A stretch of 64,000 nt of DNA from a candidate division Zixibacteria bacterium SM23_81 (GTDB lineage Bacteria > SM23-81): the NCBI GenBank assembly GCA_001304015.1, contig LJUY01000007.1:10314-74313 (forward strand), in the 5' to 3' direction. Position numbers and translations under genes: made by a program. The notes below the pieces were generated by a model, which ran no database searches, had not been told where the DNA came from, and worked only from the letters and a program-made list of their open reading frames with translations. Of this stretch, positions 39,706-48,459 are shown one piece after another. Within the stretch, counting starts at the first letter, position 1, and the number at the start of each line of letters is the position of its first letter.

Positions 39706-40644
39706 TTAGCGCAAGAACGTCATCTTGATGCTTTGGGCGAAGCCGTCCGCCTCCATTCGGCAGAAGTATACTCCGCTGGCCAGAATCCCGCCCTGTTGGT
39801 CGGTGCCGTTCCAGCTCACTCGGTAGCTGCCGGTGGCCATTTCCTCCTCCACCAGCGTATTGACCAGCTGGCCGGTCGCGTTATAAACCTTTAGGCTGAC
39901 GTGTCCCGCCTTTGCGACGATGAACTGAATCTGTGTCTCCGCGTTGAACGGATTGGGATAGTTCTGGGATAGGGTGTGCTGACGCGGCAGCTCGCCGGAG
40001 CCCATTGATTGAGGCTCCACAACGGTGGCCTCTGCTTTCAGAATCTGATAGCTGTCTAGAGAGACCATAGGGCCATCTATAACTCCGTTTCCGTTCACCC
40101 AGCCAACGACTGGGTCGACGGCTAGATCAAAGGTGACCAGCTGCCAGCCAGTCCAGTCGATGGGAATCCAAGGGCTGCCCTCCATTCCGTCAGAGTCGTC
40201 TATGCAAAAGCGAAACTGATCCAAGCTATTATTCCCGTAGATCCATACCTGCACCTTGTCGTTGCTGGACCAATTGGGGGAACCTTGCATATACTGGGGG
40301 TATTCTCTAATGAAACCCGCCGAGTCGGTATGTTCCCACTGGTATTCCAGCTTGGCAGAGGTCGTCCCAGCGTACACGGTGGTAAATTCGTCAACGAAAA
40401 CTGAAGAGTTGGTGTTATAGGCCTCGCCAGGGCCGTAATAGGTACCATAGGTGCTGCCGCTTCCATCTGGGTCCCACCAGCCGTTTGCGAGGACGCCGCC
40501 CTCGTAGTCATCCAAGATGGTCGTGTCTCCGAAGGCCGGGACCACCCTTAAGTCGTCGAAGTAAATCTGGGTGATGTCCATCTGGCCCCAACAGATGCCG
40601 GCGGAGAGCAGAATGACAAAGGTTGTGAGCAATGCTGTTCTCAT
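39706..40644 (-). CDS. Secreted stand-alone CBM-like beta-sandwich with T9SS-type CTD
   Basis: Signal peptide; WWDPDGSGST, FRFCIDD, IDWTGWQLV match the domain in the 20646..23093 amidase; QNYPNPFN...KMTFLR. Confidence 0.8.
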   Translation of the reverse strand: MRTALLTTFVILLSAGICWGQMDITQIYFDDLRVVPAFGDTTILDDYEGGVLANGWWDPDGSGSTYGTYYGPGEAYNTNSSVFVDEFTTVYAGTTSAKLEYQWEHTDSAGFIREYPQYMQGSPNWSSNDKVQVWIYGNNSLDQFRFCIDDSDGMEGSPWIPIDWTGWQLVTFDLAVDPVVGWVNGNGVIDGPMVSLDSYQILKAEATVVEPQSMGSGELPRQHTLSQNYPNPFNAETQIQFIVAKAGHVSLKVYNATGQLVNTLVEEEMATGSYRVSWNGTDQQGGILASGVYFCRMEADGFAQSIKMTFLR

Positions 40645-40723
40645 AACATTTGACTCCTTCAGGCGTTGGAGAAAGGGCTGCCGGGCGCTGGGCCCGGCAG
40701 CCCAGGTATGAAAAGGGCCAGAC

Positions 40724-42376
40724 CTACTTCAAAAAGGTCATCTTCTTGGTCTGGTTGAAATCTCCAGCCAGCAGCTGATAGAAGTACACCCCGCTGGCAA
40801 CTGGTCGGCCGCCTTCGTCCGTCCCGTCCCAGGTCACGGCATAGCGATTGATGGGCTTGTAGTCGTTCACCAAGGTTTTGACCAGCTGTCCCGTGGAGTT
40901 GAAAACCCTCAGGGTAACCTGATTCGGTCGAGAGATGGTGTACTCGATGGTGGTCTGGGCGTTGAACGGGTTGGGATAGTTCTGGGCCAGCTGGAACTCG
41001 CGTGGGACGTCGACGGCGATGGTGTACTCCTCCACTTCCGTCTCCCCGGTCCACTCGAAGACCCGGAACCACTTGCCTTCTGGCGGTACGGCCTCCAGGA
41101 AGGTGGCCACCAACTCCAGCTTATCGTCTTTGTCCAGGTCCACCGACGGCGCAGAGAGGGCGAAAGAGCCCTGATCGTTTGAGGTGCCTACGAACAGGTC
41201 GTAATGTGTCCAGGCGGCTGGGTCGGTAGGATCCGCGCCGGTGAGCTCCCAATCCTTGATGACGCCGCTGGTGTACACGGCGGTGAAGATGTCCATACCG
41301 TCGGTGCCGGTGCCGTGATCCTGATCGCCTATGGCCATGCCGTAAGCCCCGGCCTCACCGGTGTAGGCGATATAGGTGACGTTGTTCCCAAAGGTGATGG
41401 TGCTGACGTCGGCGCCGCCGGTGATGACGGCCATCTCTCCCCCGCCGTAGATATTGAAGTAGACCTCATCGGCGCCATCGTTGTTCAGGTCGGCCACCTC
41501 GAAGTTGTCCAGGTTGACCCCATCTCCTGTGGTGTCGATGGAGATGTAGGTCTGGTATGCGTAGGCGTTGGCCCCGGTAGCTTCTACGATGTAGAGGGCG
41601 GCGTAATCCCAGACCCCGAAGATGGCCTCCTTCAGGCCATCCCCATCCATATCGCCGATCTGAGCGTTGGTAGGGCTTCCGCCGAAGGGGTTGGCGCCAC
41701 CGCGCATGAACGCTGCTTCCTCATTCCAGGTGAAGAAGCCAGATTCGAAGGTGCCACTCACCGAGAGGATATACAGGCCGTCCTGGTCGTCGGGGTTTTC
41801 GGTATTGTCCACGATAACCATCTCGTTCTGACCATCGTCGTCCACGTCTCCTATGGCGAACCCTTCGGCGCGGAAACGCTGTTGGTGGGTGGGATTAGGC
41901 TTGTAGATGGCAACAGCTTCCGTCCCGTATCCGTTGTCGGTGCTGCCATCCCATTCGTAGACGTGCACACCCCCCTCGTAATCCACGCTCCAGGAACCAT
42001 CGGAGCCCGCGAAGATGATCTCGCCAATACCGTCGTTGTCCATGTCGCCGGTTCCCACCTGGCGGATGTTGCCTACGTTGGATCCGGCGGAGCTCCATAC
42101 CCACTCCAGGGTGTTGTCACCGGTGACCTCGTAGACGTGCACCATCCCTCCGTTATCATAGTCGGTGACGATGATCTCGTACAGGCCATCCTGGTCCAGG
42201 TCCGAGCCGGCGGCCAGCCCGCGGATGAGGCTGTCGGATAGGGTATCGTCCTCGGCGTTGCCGTAGGCGTATTCGAAGATGTTGTCGCCATCGGCGGCCC
42301 AACCCACAGATACGGCCAGGAGAAGAGCCATGGCCCAAATGGCCAACGGAACTCCTCGTCTGATCACGATCTGCAC
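40724..42376 (-). CDS. Secreted FG-GAP/VCBS-repeat propeller protein with T9SS-type CTD
   Basis: DLDQDGLYE, GDMDNDGIGE, GDVDDDGQNE, GDMDGDGLKE, ADLNNDGADE, DLDKDDKLE; QNYPNPFN...KMTFLK. Confidence 0.85.
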   Translation of the reverse strand: MQIVIRRGVPLAIWAMALLLAVSVGWAADGDNIFEYAYGNAEDDTLSDSLIRGLAAGSDLDQDGLYEIIVTDYDNGGMVHVYEVTGDNTLEWVWSSAGSNVGNIRQVGTGDMDNDGIGEIIFAGSDGSWSVDYEGGVHVYEWDGSTDNGYGTEAVAIYKPNPTHQQRFRAEGFAIGDVDDDGQNEMVIVDNTENPDDQDGLYILSVSGTFESGFFTWNEEAAFMRGGANPFGGSPTNAQIGDMDGDGLKEAIFGVWDYAALYIVEATGANAYAYQTYISIDTTGDGVNLDNFEVADLNNDGADEVYFNIYGGGEMAVITGGADVSTITFGNNVTYIAYTGEAGAYGMAIGDQDHGTGTDGMDIFTAVYTSGVIKDWELTGADPTDPAAWTHYDLFVGTSNDQGSFALSAPSVDLDKDDKLELVATFLEAVPPEGKWFRVFEWTGETEVEEYTIAVDVPREFQLAQNYPNPFNAQTTIEYTISRPNQVTLRVFNSTGQLVKTLVNDYKPINRYAVTWDGTDEGGRPVASGVYFYQLLAGDFNQTKKMTFLK

Positions 42377-42525
42377 CCCCTTTCAGGGAAAAAGGATGTT
42401 CCCGTTAACTTCGCTGCCGAACGAAAAAAGATCTCGTCACCACCTCCTTTCATCGTGCTGGGTCATTTCGTAGCGTGGTATGGGCTTGCAGCCCTGTTCC
42501 AAGGTTTGCTGCCATGTCTAATATT

Positions 42526-42702
42526 TCGTGAATCGGCGATCGTTTAGCGGTGTCGAATTTCGTATCGTCCGTCGTCAATCGGGAGTCGTGGATCGTGGCT
42601 TTTGGGACAACGGTTTTCATCGGTATGAGTGTTGAAGACGATTGACGATTTACGACCCACGAACAACGTAACGAGCTTCGACGCCGACAAACGAAAGACG
42701 AG
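42526..42702. repeat. Inverted pair of degenerate heptamer arrays
   Basis: Left arm TCGTnnn units, right arm nnnACGA units; perfect core IR TCGTCAATCG (42572-42581) / CGATTGACGA (42639-42648). Confidence 0.7.
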
Positions 42703-42713
42703 TTTCTTTCTCA

Positions 42714-43979
42714 TCAAGCAGCTACATACGGAAACGTAGAGCTCCCCACAGGCGAGATGATCACATCGGGATTTTTGTATTGACCGGACAGGGTACCGAT
42801 GGCCTCCTCGATGGAAGCAGCATACATCATGTCCATGTCCTCGATCTGCTCTTTGGCGATTCCGTCGGAGACCACCACCAGTTTTTTGCTCTGCAACAGC
42901 GTTCTGAGCATGGAGGAGATGGGACCGCCCGTGGGCGAGGCTTTTCCCTCAGCGATCCATTGGATCACTGTCTCAGGATCGGGTTTTTCTTTCAGCGTTT
43001 CGTACAGCAAAGGGCCGGCTCCATCGTCGAGGGCGCTGAGCAGCACGATGGTCCCGCCCTCTTTGGTCACCTCGTTGGCCAGAAGAACCGCCTTGCCCGA
43101 TTGAATTAGGTTGGTCTCCAGAGGATACCCGGCGGTGAGGGTGATGTCGGCCATCCTGGGCACCGGCAGGCCGTAGATATCCAATAGGGCCTTCACCGCT
43201 GCCTTCTGGGCCTGTTCCACCTCACCGGCGAAGATGTTGCAGACCTCTTTGCGGGTGTTCAACAGCAGATCGATCTTCATACCCAGTTTGGCGATGCGGG
43301 CCGCCTCCAGCATGTCCTCCCAGATGGGATTGCCCTCCATTTTCCCCTGGACGGCATTTTTATCCGCGATCATGGTGTGATTGCGCACGATGCTTTCCCG
43401 CCCTGAGACACCCGGGAGAATGAGCTTTGCCCCGCCTCCGTAGCCAGCAAAGTAGTGGGGATTTATGGTGCCTATGGCAATAACCAAGCCGGCTTCGGCC
43501 ACCTTCCGATTGATCCACACGGGGGTTTCCCGCGAGGTCATACCCATGAGCACCAAATTGTCGGTGTCGTCTACGTCGTGGACCGAGACCTCGAATCGAT
43601 CCACGATGCGTTTGCCAAGTTTGGCCTCAATTTCCTCAGGGGTTGTCTCCCGATGCGTGCCACGTCCGATGATCACATGAATCCGCGCATCTTCAACGTC
43701 CAGCTCGCCCAGCATATCTACCAGTGGCTCCATGACCGCTCCCGTGGGGGAGGGGCGGGTCTGGTCCTCGCTAATGATAGCCACCTTGCTTTCGGCGGGA
43801 ATGACCTCTTTGAGGCCAGGCATGCCGATGGGGTTTTCCAAAGCTTTTCTCACACTTGCTTTCAGGTCCGATATCGCGCATGCCTCCCTGGGCTCGGCCT
43901 GGGCCAGCAGGTTCCAGTCTTCGGGAATGTCAAAATGTTGCTCTTGACCTTTAAAGTAGAGCTTTCCGCGAGTAGCCAT
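42714..43979 (-). CDS. larA: LarA-family nickel-pincer-dependent racemase/epimerase
   Basis: ALENPIG, EDQTRP, GRGTHR, PHYFAGYGGGAKLILPG, KEGGTIV; likely start ATG 43979; substrate not assignable. Confidence 0.88.
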   Translation of the reverse strand: MATRGKLYFKGQEQHFDIPEDWNLLAQAEPREACAISDLKASVRKALENPIGMPGLKEVIPAESKVAIISEDQTRPSPTGAVMEPLVDMLGELDVEDARIHVIIGRGTHRETTPEEIEAKLGKRIVDRFEVSVHDVDDTDNLVLMGMTSRETPVWINRKVAEAGLVIAIGTINPHYFAGYGGGAKLILPGVSGRESIVRNHTMIADKNAVQGKMEGNPIWEDMLEAARIAKLGMKIDLLLNTRKEVCNIFAGEVEQAQKAAVKALLDIYGLPVPRMADITLTAGYPLETNLIQSGKAVLLANEVTKEGGTIVLLSALDDGAGPLLYETLKEKPDPETVIQWIAEGKASPTGGPISSMLRTLLQSKKLVVVSDGIAKEQIEDMDMMYAASIEEAIGTLSGQYKNPDVIISPVGSSTFPYVAA

Positions 43980-44130
43980 TGCCTTTCCTTTCGAGTTGAT
44001 ATATTCGCATGAACCTCTTGAATCCCGCTTGTTCAAGAGACGAGAGTTTCACCGTTTTAATAAGAATAAGAAAGAGGATTCAAAAGGTCAAGAGTCTGTA
44101 CGAAAAAAAGTGGTTCAAACACCTTACCGG

Positions 44131-45600
44131 TTACATCTCATCTGCCAGCCGCTGAGCTTTGGTTCTGATGTATGCCTGGGCTAAACTGTTAAGCTGATTA
44201 AAGTTTGCAGCCTTCAAAGAAAACTCTTTAGCCTTCTCTTTGTCGCCCTTACCCCGGTAGGCCAGAGCTATTCGGTAGAAGTTATATGGATTTTGCTGGT
44301 TGGCCTGCTGGAGCTCTGAGAGGGCTGTATTGTACTCTTTTTCTTCCAGGGCAATCATTCCCGCCAGTTGATGAGCCAATCGAATTTGAAAGGGATTCTT
44401 TATGGCTTCCACTCGCTGACGATACTCTTCCGCTTGGGCCTTGGCGGTGGCAAAATCACCTTTCTTGAAAGCGACCCGGGCCGAGTTATAGAGAAAGCCT
44501 CGTCGGAAATTGTCTTTCACTTCTTCAGATCGATCAGAGGCTTCCACGATTTCCACCGCCTTTTCATGTTTTTCCAAGGCCTGGTCATATTTGCCCATCT
44601 CTCGAAGAATGTCGCCCATGGTCACCAGGTCTCCCGCCATGGCCGTGGCGTCGTTGATTTTCTCTGCCAGAGCGTATTGCTTTTCCTGCTCCTTCAGCGC
44701 TTTGTCCATGTCTCCCTGGTCAACATAGGAAACTGTCATGGCGAAATGAGCTGCACGACGCTCTCCGTCATTGCGAGCAATATCATACAGTTTCTGGAGC
44801 TGTTTCCTGGCCTCTCCGTGCTGTCCCTTATAGTTAAGGTTCGTGGCTATGCCGATATGGGAGGCCACGAAATTTGGATTGTACTCCAGGGCGTTGCGAT
44901 AGTTTTCGATGGACTCGTCGTACCTACCCATTTTCAACAGCAATTCGGCATAGGAATCGTAAGGATTGGGGTCGTCCGGAATCAACTCGATGTATTTCTG
45001 AAAGGCCTTCTCCGCCTCGGCATAATTCTCCAGAAATCTGTGAGCATAACCCAGCTGATTGTAGGGCGGCGAAAAGTTGGGGGCGATCTCCGTTGCCTTA
45101 TTATATACCTCGATCGCCGATGCATATTCTTGTTGGCCAAAATAATTGGTGCCCAAAAGATTATGGGCTCGCTCGTCGTTTGGATAGAGCTCCACCAGCT
45201 GTTGGTATAGCTCTCTTTGTTTCATCGCAAAGGCGTTCGTTCCCGCCTCAACGCCCAGAATCCACAGCCGCTCTCCTTCAGAGGCGTTATCAACGAGAGC
45301 CACCGCTTTATCGAGATTCTCGAAAAAGCCTTTATTGGTTGGTTGGGCGAATGAAAGGAAAAGATATCCCATGGCGAAGTTGGGATCCTCGGCCACGGCC
45401 TTCTCGAAGTACTGACGGGATTCCTGGGCCTGTAGTCTTTCGAAGAGGTCGCGACCCTGCAGGTAATATTCTCTGGCCGATTCAGATGTGGTGGTGATGG
45501 GGATTTTGCCCTCATCCTTCTTGGCGCAGCCGATGGCCACAACCAGAATAGCGCTGAGGATAACGACCAGTGCAGAGCGCGTCAGATGATGCTTTTTCAT
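44131..45600 (-). CDS. TPR-repeat lipoprotein
   Basis: Lipobox AIGC; multiple TPRs (AVAEDPNFA, YIELIPDDPNPYDSYAE). Confidence 0.88.
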   Translation of the reverse strand: MKKHHLTRSALVVILSAILVVAIGCAKKDEGKIPITTTSESAREYYLQGRDLFERLQAQESRQYFEKAVAEDPNFAMGYLFLSFAQPTNKGFFENLDKAVALVDNASEGERLWILGVEAGTNAFAMKQRELYQQLVELYPNDERAHNLLGTNYFGQQEYASAIEVYNKATEIAPNFSPPYNQLGYAHRFLENYAEAEKAFQKYIELIPDDPNPYDSYAELLLKMGRYDESIENYRNALEYNPNFVASHIGIATNLNYKGQHGEARKQLQKLYDIARNDGERRAAHFAMTVSYVDQGDMDKALKEQEKQYALAEKINDATAMAGDLVTMGDILREMGKYDQALEKHEKAVEIVEASDRSEEVKDNFRRGFLYNSARVAFKKGDFATAKAQAEEYRQRVEAIKNPFQIRLAHQLAGMIALEEKEYNTALSELQQANQQNPYNFYRIALAYRGKGDKEKAKEFSLKAANFNQLNSLAQAYIRTKAQRLADEM

Positions 45601-45656
45601 CTCTCCCTCCTTGTAGATTTTGCGAATTAATACAAGGGGTTACATCCTGAAGCTCG

Positions 45657-45905
45657 CTAAAACCCGCTTTCGGAGCGCGACCAGCGGATTTCAACATCAT
45701 CGCGTTCACCAAGAGCCCTACGCAATACCTTTAATAAGCGAGCATCAGCTCCTTGGCTTTCCAACATATCCACTGTAGCTCGCTCCAGATAGTAATCCCG
45801 ATCCTGTAGCGATTCTTCCTCAAGGTGATCGATGAGAAACTGGAGCTGATCATCCGTGATCTCGCCAACTTTATCACCGGTGTCATTGTAGTATAACCGG
45901 ATCAT
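45657..45905 (-). CDS. Small acidic hypothetical protein
   Basis: 82 aa, co-oriented, RBS-like AAGGGA; QLQFLIDHLEEES...DYYL pattern. Confidence 0.65.
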   Translation of the reverse strand: MIRLYYNDTGDKVGEITDDQLQFLIDHLEEESLQDRDYYLERATVDMLESQGADARLLKVLRRALGERDDVEIRWSRSESGF

Positions 45906-46013
45906 AAATTATCCCTTGGAATATCATGCTTTTGAATCAATTTGACAGCCAGGAGCTATGCCGCAAGGTGCGGGGCTATTAGTCTAACGAAGGTCAGCTT
46001 TCTTTTGCTTCAG

Positions 46014-46484
46014 TTAGAATTCATACAGGATCCGGTGCTGTTCACGTAATCCCGGCTCGTAAATTCGCAATCGAATCGGTCCCATTCCGGTTCGGTACAT
46101 GTATCTGTAAGCTTGTTTCAAGGGTGACAAGTCAAAGATCATCTCGTCGCGAACAAGGGCCTTGCACCTGTCTCCATGGGCATCATGTGAGAGGTATATC
46201 TTCGTCTGTACAGGGTAGGATTCCATGAAGGAAGTGGACCCGTATAGTTTGAAGTCATGTTTTCTGCAGCCTCCGCCGTAGGCAACCTGTAGTCTAAGGA
46301 AATCTCGCTGCAAGCTTGCTTCTTCGATGGTTGCTGCGTCGGTAGCCAGCGTAATGGCATTATGGTCATCGAAGAGGATGATCTCCTTAGCGGCTGGACT
46401 CGGACCCTTCACAGGATTGGAGTGCTGACAACCAGCAACGGCCAGCAACAGCGTGACCAGCAAGTATGCAAGAAGCCGTCTCAT
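46014..46484 (-). CDS. Lipoprotein (NigD C-terminal-like beta-sandwich)
   Basis: Lipobox VAGC; YGGGC..HDF.L...FMESYPVQ...HDAHGDRCKAL; likely start ATG 46484. Confidence 0.65.
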   Translation of the reverse strand: MRRLLAYLLVTLLLAVAGCQHSNPVKGPSPAAKEIILFDDHNAITLATDAATIEEASLQRDFLRLQVAYGGGCRKHDFKLYGSTSFMESYPVQTKIYLSHDAHGDRCKALVRDEMIFDLSPLKQAYRYMYRTGMGPIRLRIYEPGLREQHRILYEF

Positions 46485-46498
46485 ACCGTTGGTCCCAC

Positions 46499-47356
46499 CT
46501 ATGGACAATCAATATCCTCAAGGTTCTCATTCCAGCAATGCCAAATCTCATCATCGAAGTGCGCGGGGTCTTTCACCTGACCATTCTTTACAGTGAGATT
46601 CCATTCGATATTCGTGAGGTTGTTCTGTCCCTTATTGTAGATGTCATAGAACGCATCATAAGGGTCGTCGTTCGTGATTCCATAGTGAATATAGCCGCCG
46701 TTTTCGGGCCCATCGGGGACGATATTGGTGTATCTGATGTCGGCGGTGCTATCCTGCACATCGCGGTGCCACAAGATACCGATATAGGGGATGGGCTCAG
46801 GGTCCTCGGGATCCTTGTTCAAAGTCCAGGTGCCCTCCGTGAGGAACAGATCGGCCTCTCCGAAATACCACAGAAAGTCCTCGTAGTAACCCTCTTTGGA
46901 GATGTACATCTCCCACTCAGTTCCGTTATTATCGATGGATCCCCAGAGCTCTGCGGTGTACTCGACATCATGAACCGTGAAAGCATAAGACCAGACCCAG
47001 GAGCTATCAGGCTGTTGCTCCGGCTGGTGTTTGAAGGACTCCACAAACGCCGCCACGGGGATGGCTGCGTGCACCGTGATGATGATATTCCAGATGCTCA
47101 CATTGAGAGCCGCCCAGCCCCAGTTGTCAAATGAAAGGATGACATCCTGCGGCACATCGCCATTGGGCACGTAGGGACTTTGTCCTATGGGGGTGAAATC
47201 GTCAAAGTCCATGAGAAATGTGGATAATGGCGGGAGCTCTGGAGGTTTTAACGGCTCCGGTTTTGTGGGCTCATCTTCGCATCCAGCGATGAAAAGCACC
47301 ACAGCAGTCAGGGCAAGAAGAAGGTATGGTATGATGGTGCTGCGTATCTTTTTCAT
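46499..47356 (-). CDS. Acidic, Trp-rich lipoprotein of unknown function
   Basis: Lipobox IAGC; likely start ATG 47356 after GGAGG. Confidence 0.75.
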   Translation of the reverse strand: MKKIRSTIIPYLLLALTAVVLFIAGCEDEPTKPEPLKPPELPPLSTFLMDFDDFTPIGQSPYVPNGDVPQDVILSFDNWGWAALNVSIWNIIITVHAAIPVAAFVESFKHQPEQQPDSSWVWSYAFTVHDVEYTAELWGSIDNNGTEWEMYISKEGYYEDFLWYFGEADLFLTEGTWTLNKDPEDPEPIPYIGILWHRDVQDSTADIRYTNIVPDGPENGGYIHYGITNDDPYDAFYDIYNKGQNNLTNIEWNLTVKNGQVKDPAHFDDEIWHCWNENLEDIDCP

Positions 47357-47427
47357 GATCCAAACCCTCCCACAGCTCTTCTGCTGGCTTAAATCGATTA
47401 TTCCCTTGTCCACCCTCCCACAAGCTC

Positions 47428-48438
47428 TCAGAACTCCAGTCCCATGGAGAAGCGATGCACGTCTTCCAGGCGGCCCCAGTCAGCATAGGCGTAATCGATC
47501 TTCACGGCCGTAAATCCTGTCAGGGGGTATCTCAAACCGGCGCCGAGGGTCAAACCCTCCTCGCTGTCTTTCCTCCCCAGGGCCTTGTATCCGCCTCGCA
47601 GGGCTATGGACTCATTCCACATCACCTCGGTGCCCAGGTTAATGGCCTCGTCGTTATCGTTGGGGTGCAGGGCGTCTACGGCCACTGTCCAGCGCATTGG
47701 GCCGGTGTCCACCATATCCATGGCCAGCCCCACCCGGAAGTTCAGGGGCAGGTCCCAGTAATCTGTCTCCATAAAGGCGGTGACGGCCTCGTTGTGGCCG
47801 GTCAGTCCGGGGTCCACGTCATGAAATACTCGTGCGTCCTTGCCTTCCATCCTCATCTTGGTGCCGAAGTTGGCCATGGACATGCCGATGCGCATCTGGT
47901 TGAACCGGGTGATATACAGCGTCCCCACATCAAAGGCGAAACTGGAGGCGCTCATGTGCCAGATGTTCTGCTTGATGTATTTGACATTGAAGCCGAAAGA
48001 AAATCGGTCCGTCAGGCTACGGGCATAGCTTCCCGCAAGGGCAAAATCGCCGGCTTCCATAATCTCGCCGGTCCCTTCGGGGTCATCCACGGTGGTGACC
48101 TCCCATTCTCCATAGTTCAGCGAGGTGATGGAGGCTCCCAGAACGTTGTTCCCCAGGAGGATAACCACGCCGCCGAAGTTGAAATCGGTGTCTGCCAGCC
48201 AATCGGCGTGCATCAACAGAAGCTCGTTGCCCGCAAGACGAGCCAGGCCAGCTGGGTTCCAGTAAAGGGCTGAGGCATCGCTGGCCATGGCAGCGTATGT
48301 TCCGCCCATGGCGGCAGCACGGCAGCCCACCTCGATTTTCAGAAATTGGGCCGCGCTGGTGGCTACTTTTGTGGTGGCCGAAGCCGGGGGCACGGCCACC
48401 AGGATGATCGACACAGCTAACAGGATTACTTTTCGCAT
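47428..48438 (-). CDS. PorV/PorQ-family (UPF0164-like) outer-membrane beta-barrel
   Basis: AQFLKIEVGCRAAAMG, DASALYWNPAGLA, LRGGY, IDYAY, C-terminal Phe. Confidence 0.85.
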   Translation of the reverse strand: MRKVILLAVSIILVAVPPASATTKVATSAAQFLKIEVGCRAAAMGGTYAAMASDASALYWNPAGLARLAGNELLLMHADWLADTDFNFGGVVILLGNNVLGASITSLNYGEWEVTTVDDPEGTGEIMEAGDFALAGSYARSLTDRFSFGFNVKYIKQNIWHMSASSFAFDVGTLYITRFNQMRIGMSMANFGTKMRMEGKDARVFHDVDPGLTGHNEAVTAFMETDYWDLPLNFRVGLAMDMVDTGPMRWTVAVDALHPNDNDEAINLGTEVMWNESIALRGGYKALGRKDSEEGLTLGAGLRYPLTGFTAVKIDYAYADWGRLEDVHRFSMGLEF

Positions 48439-48459
48439 GGCTTGTCCTCCGGTAAGGTC

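Noticed and set aside
42405-42450. Strong AAAGGAGGTG followed by an 11-codon GTG ORF (possible leader peptide)
   Set aside because: SD-to-start spacing is too short, and there are no regulatory codon runs or clear attenuator
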